DNA from: Marsupella aquatica | Lineage: Eukaryota; Plantae; Marchantiophyta | Reading direction: 5' to 3' | Length of the DNA: 64,000 nt | Assembly: GCA_973895155.1 (NCBI GenBank) | Contig: OZ316892.1 | Location: 2,917,223-2,981,222 of the forward strand | The notes under the pieces: generated by a model | What the model saw: the letters and a program-made list of their open reading frames with translations, nothing else | Told to the model about the DNA's origin: nothing | Databases searched by the model: none | Made by a program: the position numbers and the translations under genes | Shown: positions 10,500-21,584 of the stretch, piece by piece | How the letters are laid out: every line of letters starts with the position of its first letter | Position numbering within the stretch: the stretch's first letter is position 1

Positions 10500-12322
10500 A
10501 ATACGCTGAAAAAGATTCTCAACCCATAGACGAGGACATTGGAATGAGTAGCAATCATGCAGGGCAAAGCATAACCAAAATGGATGAGGACGCCAAAGAT
10601 GTTGAATGAAACATCACAATGCCAAATGTGAAACCTCCTCACAATGAATGGCCCATCAACGCCAAAGAATTGGAGATATTGATGCCACGTGTGGAGTTCC
10701 AAAAATGGATGAAAATCATTTTTGATGATGAAAATTTATGGGCCACAAGGTCTTGGATGCAAGAGAAGTACACAATGTCCAAGGTAACACATGTGGAAAT
10801 TGGCAAGCATTGACAGCAAAGATTTCGAGAGTATGCTCCAAAGAAGGCGCAAGGCAAAACAAGCTCGGTTTATCCTCCTTTTCTCCGACTCCTAATTGCT
10901 GAATTTATTCTCAAGTGGAAAGTGGATTACCGTTGGGAAACAAAAGAGGGCAAGATGACTCACTCTGTGCATTAGTCTGTCCTGGACATTGCAAGTTTGA
11001 AGAGCAACAAAAATACTACAAAAGATATGTCGAGTCAAGCAACCAACAAAGGGTCAAAAAGAAAGATACATGACACGCAAGACATTCATGTACATCATAA
11101 AGATAAACCAACTGCATTGGAATGACTCTTCACCAAATCCGAAAGTTTCAGCGCACCAAAACATGTGGACAAAACATCACACATTGCAGCATCTATAAGT
11201 AACAATTTGCCAGGAAAGTTCACTGGTGTTTTGGATCCAAAGAAAGAATCACTGAGCATGGAGATTGTGTGCAAGAGTTTGGGCACAGAGATTGGTCATT
11301 TGATTGAGAACAATCTCCGCACAAAGTTTTATCTTGACCTTTGTGAAGTTGACAGCATTGACTACTACAAGTCAAAGTTGCAAGATAATCTTTTGAACAT
11401 GAAAGCAATGGGAAAAATGCCCATTCAAAGTGCGACTACTTTAGAGGTGAAGAAATACAAGGTGCAACTGTACGACAAGATGGAGGAGATCGCAATGCTC
11501 AACAAACAACTTGCCCAAAAGGATGGTCAATCTAGTCAAATAAAACAAGTTCAAGAGGCAGATAGAGTCATTCAGGATTTGAAGAATCAGGTTGCATCAC
11601 AAGAGGTGATCATAAGCAATTTGCAAGAGGAGATCGAGCAAATGAACACTGTTGAGGTGGATCGTTAGTCAGACAAGGAAAAATCAAGATGTAGGAACTA
11701 CAATTATATGAACTTGCAAATGATTGATCCTACGGGAGAATCTCATCTTTTTCCGGATGTGGAGGAGGATCCAGAAGATGTAGAGAAATTTTTTGACAAG
11801 TGGAAGACCGATGAAAGTATGGCCCAATTTGTTCGAGAAAATGATGGAAGATGTACTTGGTGCTTGTATTTATGGGGTCCTGATTCTGTTTTCATTTTGG
11901 GAATATGCGGTCACTTATGGCATCATGCTTGCTTGTTTCGGTGGATAAAGAAGAGCCAAAAATGTTGGTGTCGGAAACCATTTCATGAACGAGAGTATGA
12001 GCAACGAGGTTTGTTGAAACAAATGCCACCAATGGAGACACAGCAAGACACTGAAGACATGACGCAAGAGAGTATTGCAATGGCACAGATCGATTCAAGG
12101 CTCATTGACAACTTCACAATTAATGAATACAACTTGTCAGATGGTGACTTTGACAATTTGCTATTCAGTGGTAGATTCCAACAGTGGAAGGAATATGCCA
12201 TGACCAATCGACCAACAATAGATGAGCAAAACATGCAGCGATCTATTCGTCACCATCGTCGTCGTCGGCAACTGGCAGAGGTGAAAGCAGAAGCGCAAGA
12301 CAATGAAAACCGAAATGAGTAG
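10500..12322 (+). pseudogene. Intronless coiled-coil + RING-H2 finger protein (about 600 codons) with several in-frame stops
   Basis: ORFs 10619-10813, 11165-11668 and 11708-12322 share one frame and are separated only by single stop codons. There is a heptad-rich segment (KVQLYDKMEEIAMLNKQLAQKD..IQDLKNQVASQEVIISNLQEEIEQ) and a RING-H2-like motif, CTWC-x12-CGHLWHHACL-x8-CWC. Confidence 0.7.
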
Positions 12323-12812
12323 ATTGCACACACAATGTTTAGTATAGCATATTTTATTGCATAGGACTTGCACAATCCGGCATAGTATATCATAGTTTGT
12401 CGTATAGTACTAGCATGTAATACCTAAACAGATGTCAAGGTTGTGACGAAAAGTGCCTTGTGTTATTGTTTTCATTTTCTTGCAACTGTCGATCAAATTG
12501 AAATTGTCTTGTCATCCATTGGACCGGATCTGCGCTATGATATTCTTGAAATGCCCCAACACGGGAATGTATGCTTGATGTGTATGGATTTTTCATGTTC
12601 TGTCTTTCATACATATTTAGTGTTGGAGAAGCATGTTGTCCCCACTGTGCATCATCAGGTTGTGCAAACAAAGTTGGTGTTGTTCTCTCAGGACAGAGCT
12701 CCGATGCAGCACCTCGTCGTTGAAATAAGTATGAAGTACTTGCTTGGACATCATTTTGTAGATTCAATGTTGGGTATGTGAAGGATGGGTTTGATTCGGA
12801 AGGCACTACAAA

Positions 12813-14422
12813 CACTAGTACATTTTACCTCCTTTTTCCGATTCTCTCCACATCGGACGCCTTTGTAAAATAAAATTTGAAAAACCATATATCCGATACT
12901 ACTAGCATCGCAACATGCCATTTTAATAGTATCGGATATCGACAATCGGACTTCTATCGGAAAGTCCGATGGTGGGAGAATGGGAAAGTCCGATGGTGGG
13001 AGAATGGGAAAGTCCGATGCTAGGAGAATGGGAAAGTCCGATGGTGAGAGAATGGGAAAGTCCGATGCTAGGAGAATGGGAAAGTCCGATGGTGAGAGAA
13101 TGGGAAAGTCCGATGCTAGGAGAATGGGAAAGTCTGAAGCAATCAAAATGGGATATGCATTTCAGCGGACGCGACATGCTCAGGTCACCCATCTCTTCCT
13201 TTAATTGGGTTTCTACTTTCATTTGGAACTATGAGCTAGGTGCCCATCTCCCTTGACATGTGAACTCTTCAAATTTTCTCAACTAATTGGTCACCCATCC
13301 CAATTGCTATTCCTCCAACATGAGCTTAACTTTGTGGTTCTTATTCCTTACATTGTACATGCAAGCTTAGCACTTTTGTTGTTTGACTTAGAGTGTTTGG
13401 GGATTTATACACTTGTGAGTTTACTAAGACCCATAATTTGGACCCATTCTTGATCCATTTTTCTCTATCATGAGATTAGATCTTTGCATCAAGTGACCTA
13501 TTCTAGTTACCCTATTACATTCCCCTAGGAGAAACCAATAGAAATCTGGCAGGGGTCATTCATCGATAGTAAAGCCCTCCTTCATTAGATTTGATATGGG
13601 ATAATTATGGCTTATTAGTTATGGATGATATTTTGGTCCTTCCAAAGCCTTAGCGTCAATGGCTCCTGATTGTCTCATCTTTTATCAACTATGTTGTTGT
13701 TGGACTTGCAACAAAGACTACATGGGACAAGCAACCTCCTTCTAGATGATGTATTTTGGACTTGGCATGTTGAGCACATATTTCCGTAAGGGAGCAATAT
13801 GTTGGGTCTTGGAATGAGGCAAAAACAACACTCAAGTCTATTTGCCTCAAGTATGAAGTTATTCATGCATGCAAGAATGATTGCATCTTTTGGGAAGAGT
13901 ATGTCGGTGTAACCACATACCCCATCTAACACATCAAAACTTTTCATTCTAACACAATAAAAATTTTTCTTTTTGTCATAACCAGACTTTCCCATACTCC
14001 CAGCATCGGACTTTCCCATTCTTCTAGCATCGGACTTTCCCATTCTCCCACCATCGGACTTTCCCATTCTCCCAACATCGGACTTTGCCATGTTAGCACA
14101 ATCGGATATAATATCCGTTATTATTAACTACGGAAAGTTTCCGATCAATATTGTAACGCACATCATTTTCGTTACAAAAAACATCGGACATATCAATCAA
14201 AGTTTCTGTTGAGGGATCCGATGTGTTTTCTAACGGATATGATCCATTTTTTAACGCATCGGAAAGGTTCCGTTGTCAATTATATCGGAAATGAAGATAT
14301 CCAAAGCCGAGAGTATGGCATATTGCCATTTTTTGATAATCGCAATTTCCGATGCTAAAAGAATCGGACGCCGATTGTTCGCAAAAATTGAGCATCGGAA
14401 ATCAGCTTAATATGTACTAGTG
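12813..14422 (+). mobile_element. Non-autonomous CACTA deletion derivative, 1610 bp
   Basis: TIRs are CACTAGTACATTTT (12813) and AATATGTACTAGTG (ends 14422). The 3-bp TSD AAA is at 12810-12812 and 14423-14425. Subterminal TCCGAT/ATCGGA repeats are inverted between the two ends. An internal Tnp2 remnant (SWNEAKTTLKSICLKYEVIHACKNDCIFWEEY) lies at about 13807-13902 on +. Confidence 0.95.
12959..13137 (+). repeat. 24-bp tandem subterminal repeat (GGAAAGTCCGAT..GGAGAATG), about 7.5 copies
   Basis: Directly visible. About 4.5 inverted copies occur at 13982-14087. Confidence 0.95.
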
Positions 14423-17400
14423 AAAGTTTGCATCAAATGAGTAGTCATCATCATCCTGAATTTGAGACTCATCGATTGTAGGGAACATCATTAAATCCAT
14501 TTCATCTTCCCATTCTCCGGCATCACTTATTTCAGTATCTGGTGGAATACGAGTCAACATGTCACTATCATTGTGTAATGATAATCCTTGCAAAGCCTCA
14601 TCTACGTCATCAATTATATCAAAATCCTCCACGTCATCCTCTCCAAGAGCCGCACATGTAACACCATGTTGTTCAGGGTCACATCCTTCTATGGAAGTAG
14701 GCCTCGGGCCATCATTTGTTGTTGTTCTTTCATCATATCGTCTATACATAGATGTATGAGGGTTTCTCACCTTTGTGAGCTCGGGGGATCACTATATGAA
14801 GGGTCATACATCACGTGCGACGGTTTGGGTTATTTATGACCCCCTAAGTCACTTTCTAGAAAGTTGTACGGCACCAATCATGTGATGACACGTATGCATT
14901 TTGTAATTAAATAACCCTATATTTCCATAGAAGACTTAATAAGTCTTCCGCCAAAACCATTTAAATGGCCCTATACTTCATCGCACATGATATGCCACTT
15001 CCATGGAAGTGACCCCCCCGAGTTCGTGAGTCCTTTTTGCACCCTCGAATTTGTGAATACAAAAACCAAGTCTTTTGCCCGATCATTGGTCAACCTATTA
15101 CGACTTTTTGAATGGATAAAGCCGTACGAACTCCAATTTTGTTCGCATGAAGATGCACACATTTGTTGATGCGTGATTCTTCTGGCTATCAAACTTAGCT
15201 CCGCGTAATCAGCTCCATACAAATGCCACCACTCTCCTGGACTTAATTTCCTAATATTGGATTGTGCTCCTCTAATTGCAACCGATGAATTTGACAATTT
15301 TTTTTGAGCCTCAAATGCCTGCATTTGGATGTCAGAAATAAGTGTCGTCACATCTCGATCATGGTTGATTCCTGCCTTCACCTTGTTCTGCATATCTACG
15401 AACGTAATCATTGAAGCCTCTATACAGTTCTGCATCTCCTATCACATCTTCATCTTCATCGAAGAAAAATTGAGGATTCAGATATGCTGCTGCTAACATG
15501 AAATCAGTAGTAAGTGATTTTTGTCGATCCATATACACTTTCATTATCTTTGGTTTTAAGTAATATGTTACTAATGTACAACCCTCCATGCTCGCTTCCA
15601 GTTTAGCTATTCCTTTTTTCAAGCTCCAATATAGCCAAGGAGACTGTGGTGAAACTCCATCGAATTCTCACAACATTTTCACCAACGGCAGGAAAAAAGC
15701 AACTGTAGATTTTACTTGAGCCCAAAATGTATCTTGCTGTATCCACGATTTAAGTTCGTCTGCCTTTCCCCTTGTCACATGCCCCTATAGGTGACTTTGG
15801 TCGAACTGGCAAGCAATCACGATAGGATTGCCACTTATCATCAATGACCATTTGTTGTAAAGCTCCTCTTAGCTCCAATGCTCTCTGCGCCATTAAAAAA
15901 TTTGTTGCAAATCTCGTTGCATTTGGATTTAACAACTTCCTATAACCAGATTTCCTCACAAATATTGCAGACAACTTTTGTGATGATGTAACTGCTTTAA
16001 CTATCCATCTCAAGTGCTTAAAAATAATTTTGAATGGATTTTTTTCCGCTCATCTAGCACTACATTCTTGTGGCCACACATGTCTTCTAGCAACAAATTA
16101 AAAACGTGGGTAGCACACCAACTCCATGTCACATGCGGATATTTTTCATGACTATCTTTTCACCTGCTACACGATTTGCAGGCGCCCCATCGGTAACAAT
16201 TTGTATGATGTGATCGGCGCCAATGTCATGTATTTTAACCACATGTCACCAAGATACTTCCCATCTTTCTTGTCGGCTTGTGCAGCGTTCCAACTATCCA
16301 AAAAGAAATCTCCTTTTGAACTCAACAACATGACATTCATCAAAGGTTCTCTTCGGATATTTTCCCATCCATTGGATGAAAGAGAATATCCAAAAGGTTT
16401 TGCCTCTTTCATTGTTTTTGTCATGTCCTTTGTAAGATCAACTCTAGCCTCCTCCAATAATTTTATTCTCAAATTTTGCATACCCGGAAGAGAATATCCA
16501 TTTACAATCCATTTCAAGGTTTCTGTGACTGCTTCACGGAAGAAAGGATTCTCTGACACATTGAACGAAATACCACTTGAATAAAAAGCTTTAGCCCACA
16601 GCTTATCCAAATGAGCTCTATTTGGAATTTGATAAGCATCCATGATTGGGTTTGCAAAATTTGATGCTCTACTTCGATGACTCATATTTCCATCCTCATC
16701 GAGGTCAACAAAATTTGAGTCTCGAGTTGATGCTTGCCTGAGGGGTCTCACTATATGGATGTCTCCCCATCCCCTGCGACGTTTTTAGGCCTCAGACCCC
16801 CTAAAATGTAAGAAAAAAATTATTTTTCAACCCCTATAAAGTTGAAATATTCTTGGAATATTCCAAAATTTTGGTTAAAAAGACCCTAATGTTCTTATAA
16901 GTCTCAAAATTGAATTTAAAGGACCCTATTGTTCTTCTACAAAAATTCTTAAGTCTTCTCTTCAAACTAATAAATCGACCCTATACTTCGTCGCACGTGA
17001 TGTGCCATTTTTGTGGAAGTGAAACCCCCGAGATGCTTGCAAATTGGAAGATGGGTTATATGACCTACGACCTCTCATGGATAACAGAACATGACTTCCA
17101 TCACTTCGTTTGTACTTTATGGATGGGTCAACCTTTATGACATTCTACATTCTATGATGTCATCTAAGTCAACAACTCCATACAAGCCTGTGCAAGGTGG
17201 CGCATCTCCTTTGTGTATGTTTCCCATCAAATGTGCTTTGCTCGTGTTGCATGATGCGTTGTATATTTCTTGCAAAATTTGCATCTTCGATATATACGAT
17301 TAATATCATTACACGCTGATGGCGTATCACATTGTTCAAAATATTTCCACACTAGGGAAAATTTTGCACTACGATCTCGATTGTGATTTCCACCGTGCCT

Positions 17401-18417
17401 AACAGGAGTAGAATGAGCTGATGAGTTTCCCGACTCATCTTCTTCGGAAGACATGATCAAAAACAAGAACTTTACACACAAAGTGTCTTCTTATACGTCG
17501 CTAAACATAGTCTCTTAATAAAAATTGAATGCTTATTTATTAGTCTTTTGAAGTAACAATAATAAAACGAGAAAAAAAAACTACTGTGAAATATCACACG
17601 TCGAGTCAAACTCCAAACATGCGCATAGCGGTTCTCTTTTGTTTTCTGGTTGTTAACATTCCTATCCGACGTATGTGATATTTATAATTTAATGAGCATT
17701 TGCCGATATAGTGAAAACATATGAGACAATTAGTGATAATCATGTAAAATATCACATGTCAAGCTTTAGCTCCAAACATGCGTACATGAATATCAACATT
17801 GTCGAAATTTGTTTCACAATACCCACAAGTACCACTAAATTGTTGAGGGATAAGAAGAAAATTATTATGCGGATTACCACATGCCGAGTAAAACCTCCAA
17901 GCATGTGCGCGCAAAAGTCTTCTCTATCTCTTTACATAGAGTGCTCTACTTTTAGTGAAGTGTGTCTAATGAGAAAAACTCAAAGATTTATACAATTTAG
18001 AATGGAGAAACGTTCTATATTTAGCGGGGTTGAAATACTAGATAGGCGAGAAATCCACACAACCCCAAATTAGCAAATATTGCTTATCCCAATCGAGTTT
18101 ATCCACAACTCTAAAACCCGAGCTTATCTTTCCTTAACCCAGGCCGGGCCTCCCTCCTCCCTCCTCCCTCCTCCCGCCCCTCCCTTCACCCGGGCCGGGC
18201 CTTCCTCCTCCCCCCTCCTGGGCCTCCCTTCACCCGGGCCTAAGATGTGCTAATCTTGGCCGTTGGCAGTCCTTTACATTAGTGAAAGGACTGGAGACTT
18301 TTTGCCTCCTTTGGTAGTCCTCAATCTTGCAATGCACCTTCTGCTAGACGTTCGAACAATGGAAGACATGGAAGTGCCCTCCTGGATTCCTTCGTCGGCA
18401 TGGACATGTTCTTCACC

Positions 18418-19443
18418 CTAGAGCACGTCCGATATTGGCACTCCACTTGATGTACCTATTCCGCAAGAGCCCTGAGATGGAATTATTTGTGGCTGGGCTG
18501 GAGTCGCGGATGGTGTATTGCACATAGGGGCGGGGGATGACTGTACAGAAGCAGACTGGGCTGAAATATATGGGGTCCCTCCCTCATTGGAAGCGTGTAG
18601 CCGTGGCGACTGCTCAAGACGATGAGATCCTTGTCGCCGCGGAGTTTGCGTCTGTGTCCATAGACGTGACTGCGGTAATAGAGTGTTTGCTGAAATAACC
18701 TCCAACTCGTGAACAGACAGAATCCCGCGATTAATCCAGAATGTCACATTGCAGAGCGGCGCATGCTTCAGACAATCATGTATGACTTGGAACTGATCGA
18801 TTGCCTCCATACAAGCTAATGCGCTGAAATATATGGGGTCCCTCCCTCATTGGAAGCGTGTAGCCGTGGCGACTGCTCAAGACGATGAGATCCTTGTCGC
18901 CGCGGAGTTTGTGTCTGTGTCCATAGACGTGACTGCGGTAATAGAGTGTTTGCTGAAATAACCTCCAACTCGTGAACAGACAGAATCCCGCGATTAATCC
19001 AGAATGTCACATTGCAGAGCGGCGCATGCTTCAGACAATCATGTATGACTTGGAACTGATCGATTGCCTCCATACAAGCTAATGCACTTGCAGAGAGTCC
19101 CACTAAATTTATCGCAGCATCCCAAATGGCAGCTCTCAACGAGTACTTGTGGCCATTAGATTGCAATGTACATAGCATCAGTCATCAACACCTCAAAGCG
19201 ATAGAATTCACTATAAAGTCCATTCTGTAAAGCATCATGCTCGCAATGAGTGCCTTTGGGGCCTTCTATTGAAATCTTGCACAAGCCCCGGTGGATGACC
19301 TCTGTACAGCCTCGATACACAAATTTCTTCGGGAAAATATTGCTAGCAATAAAATTGAATACCACAACGCTACATGGCCCGATATACCCCGTCTCCTCTC
19401 TCATGACGGCATTTTGCACATCGACCAGAGTTGATATCGACAT
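18418..19443 (-). pseudogene. RPA70 C-terminal-like OB-fold (Rep_fac-A_C) protein, disrupted
   Basis: FVYRGC..LCKISI..HCEH..FYRFEVLMTD..LRAAIWDAAINLVGLSASAL matches the Zn-ribbon OB-fold pattern of RPA1 DBD-C (Y.AC..C.K..C..RY.L...D.....F..A..L.G.SA.EL). There is a frameshift near 19160 and an internal 263-bp duplication. Confidence 0.6.
18560..19085. repeat. Near-perfect 263-bp tandem duplication (18560-18822 / 18823-19085)
   Basis: Both copies run gctgaaatatatggggtccc...ccatacaagctaatgc; I saw only one substitution. Confidence 0.95.
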
Positions 19444-20144
19444 TGATATAATCTGTAGACGAACCGATATGGGGTTACCTCAAGTTTGTTTTGTTCGAGA
19501 GAGGAGAACGGACTGCGCCTAACTTAAGCTCTCTGCAAAAAAGGCAGAGCAATGCGTAAGCCTAGGCAAAAAAGTACAATGATTTGAAGGTCAACCTAGA
19601 CGTTGCATCCAAACAGAACAAATCCTACCAAAAATGGTGCTAAATCCCACGCTCTGCACATGCGCCTTGCATCGGAATGTCGAGTGCAAAGGTATAGAAT
19701 GCCAGGGTATGCAATCTAGGTCAGGAAATAGCAGCGCGGGAATGACTACATTCAACCAATGGGACTGAATGGGCTACCAAACACGTGAAGCTAGACACAC
19801 AAAAAATGTTTGCATACAGTATACGCTAAGGACATAGCATTGTATGTGTATACAAACGCGGACGGGGGACGGGGTCCAAGGTAGCGGCCCGACAATGGCC
19901 GGCTTGGCAGCTTGGCCGGTGAGGCGATAGTGGGCCCGGGTCCGGTGGCAGGGAAATAGAATAGGGACAGCCCGGTGGTGCCAAAGGGGACTCCCTCCCC
20001 AAACCCACGCAGCACAAAGGTCACGCTGCCCGAATCCCTTGGCAAACGGTCACCGATGACTGCGATCCTGTAAACGCGATGCCTTATTGTAAGCCCTCCA
20101 GATTGAGGCATTAATGTGCATCGATACTGGCAATCGCCGTGAAT

Positions 20145-20530
20145 TGACTCAGGGGGTCACATTAACAGATGACTACGATCGGAATACATTGGTAGGAAGC
20201 TTCAGGGAGTCATTGATCTGATCAACTGTCCAGTGATTCTGGGGACATACAGTAATCCGAAGAGACGATAGGTGATGGTGTTCAAAGCTGGACCTCACGA
20301 CAAAGAGCAGGGAGGAATTTGGGGATGACGACCAATCATTAAATCTAGTTTTCCCCTTTCGAAAGCTTGTCTACAACAAAAACATATTTCAGACAAACTA
20401 TAAAACCATATTCCCCGAGTGAATTCGCTGACAATTTCGCCTATGACAAAGAAAGTCCCACTGAACAAAATTCAATGATCATCTTGCAAGATGTTGTTGC
20501 ATTTTGTTCGCCGGCTCACCTTAGAAGAGT
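20145..20530. repeat. 386-bp near-identical copy of 36209-36594
   Basis: tgactcagggggtcacattaacag...ccggctcaccttagaagagt is present at both loci with only a few substitutions. Confidence 0.95.
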
Positions 20531-21584
20531 CACCTTAGATTCTACAATACAATTTATATGTTATTTTGGTTAGTCTTCGTCCCCTACTTGTTTCTTGTCC
20601 ATCCTCATTTCAGTTTTGTCTTTATTTAGAGTTGATGTTACTTTTCATTTACAGTTTTGACCTTATTGAAGCTCATTATTAATTTTGTCAGTGTTGGGAC
20701 TTAAGGTCTACATTTAGAGGTTTTCACTCTAGACCTAGGCACTTAAGAGTAGACTTCAGTTGGCACATTTATAGTAAGATTTCAAGTCGGTAAGTATCTA
20801 AAATCCTGAATCACATAAAAGGCATTTCATTGCAAGTTTTGTTTCAAAGAGTTCCTTGAAAATCTGAGTAAGGCGGGCGATGTGTTTGACTCCACTGCGC
20901 AAACAGTTGTTGTTGAACTCCACCGGTGCAACTCCCTGCTCACTAAGAACACTCACCAAGCTGACCTCCTGCTGCGCCCTAGATAAAGCAAACTCGCGAG
21001 CTACTCTGCAGATTTTATGTGTGTCCCATGGGTCCGTCACACTAAACCCCTAAGCTCAAACTGAACCCCATATTAACCTGGGTTACGTGCGACCGCTTTG
21101 TATCAGTGACAAAACTGAGGACAAAACCTGGGTGTGATTGGTTGGGCCTCACATTCGGTGCCAGACCAATCATGATCGTTGCCTTGACCAGCTAGAGTTC
21201 CGGGCGCAAATCATTCATGAAAAAAATGCATATCTGAGACGCCTGATTTATTCACAAACAGAAGTTAAAGTTGGGGTCTAGATATCTAGAGTGAAACCTT
21301 TAAACCGTAACTCTAGGGCCCCACCAAATGTATGTCAATGGAAAGCAGAATAGGATGTATGGTATCAAAATGAGAATCATGCATGCTGATTTTTGTTATC
21401 ACTCTATTGTGATTCAAAGAATGGGCATTCAGGCTTGTGCATATATATAAGGGGGATATGTTCAAGACTACTGGCCATATATAAGGGAGAAGTGTCCAAA
21501 ACTTCTCTATTCAGGAAAAAGCTACTATTAGTGGTGAAACCTAGGGGATCTAGGTTTTGGTATGGCTAGTGGTGATTTAAGAAG

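Larger units (their letters stand above)
12435..17454 (-). pseudogene. hAT-superfamily transposase (BED finger, DUF659/RNase H-like core, hAT dimerisation domain), frameshifted and interrupted
   Basis: BED finger: VWKYF..RCKFC..HATRAKH. Core: AFYSSGISFNVSENPFF, SNGWENIRREPLMNVML, CATHVFNLLLED, PNATRFATNFLM, AAAYLNPQFF. Dimerisation domain: PGEWWHLYG..LSLIARRI..ASSCEQNWSSYGFIHSKSRNRL..DLVFVFTN. Introns are present near 16800-16980 and 14840-14975. Confidence 0.9.

Noticed and set aside
12959-13137. Regular 24-bp repeats resembling a CRISPR array or a repeat protein (MGKSDGGR)n
   Set aside because: There are no unique spacers, and inverted copies sit at the other end of a TIR/TSD-bounded element, so these are CACTA subterminal repeats.
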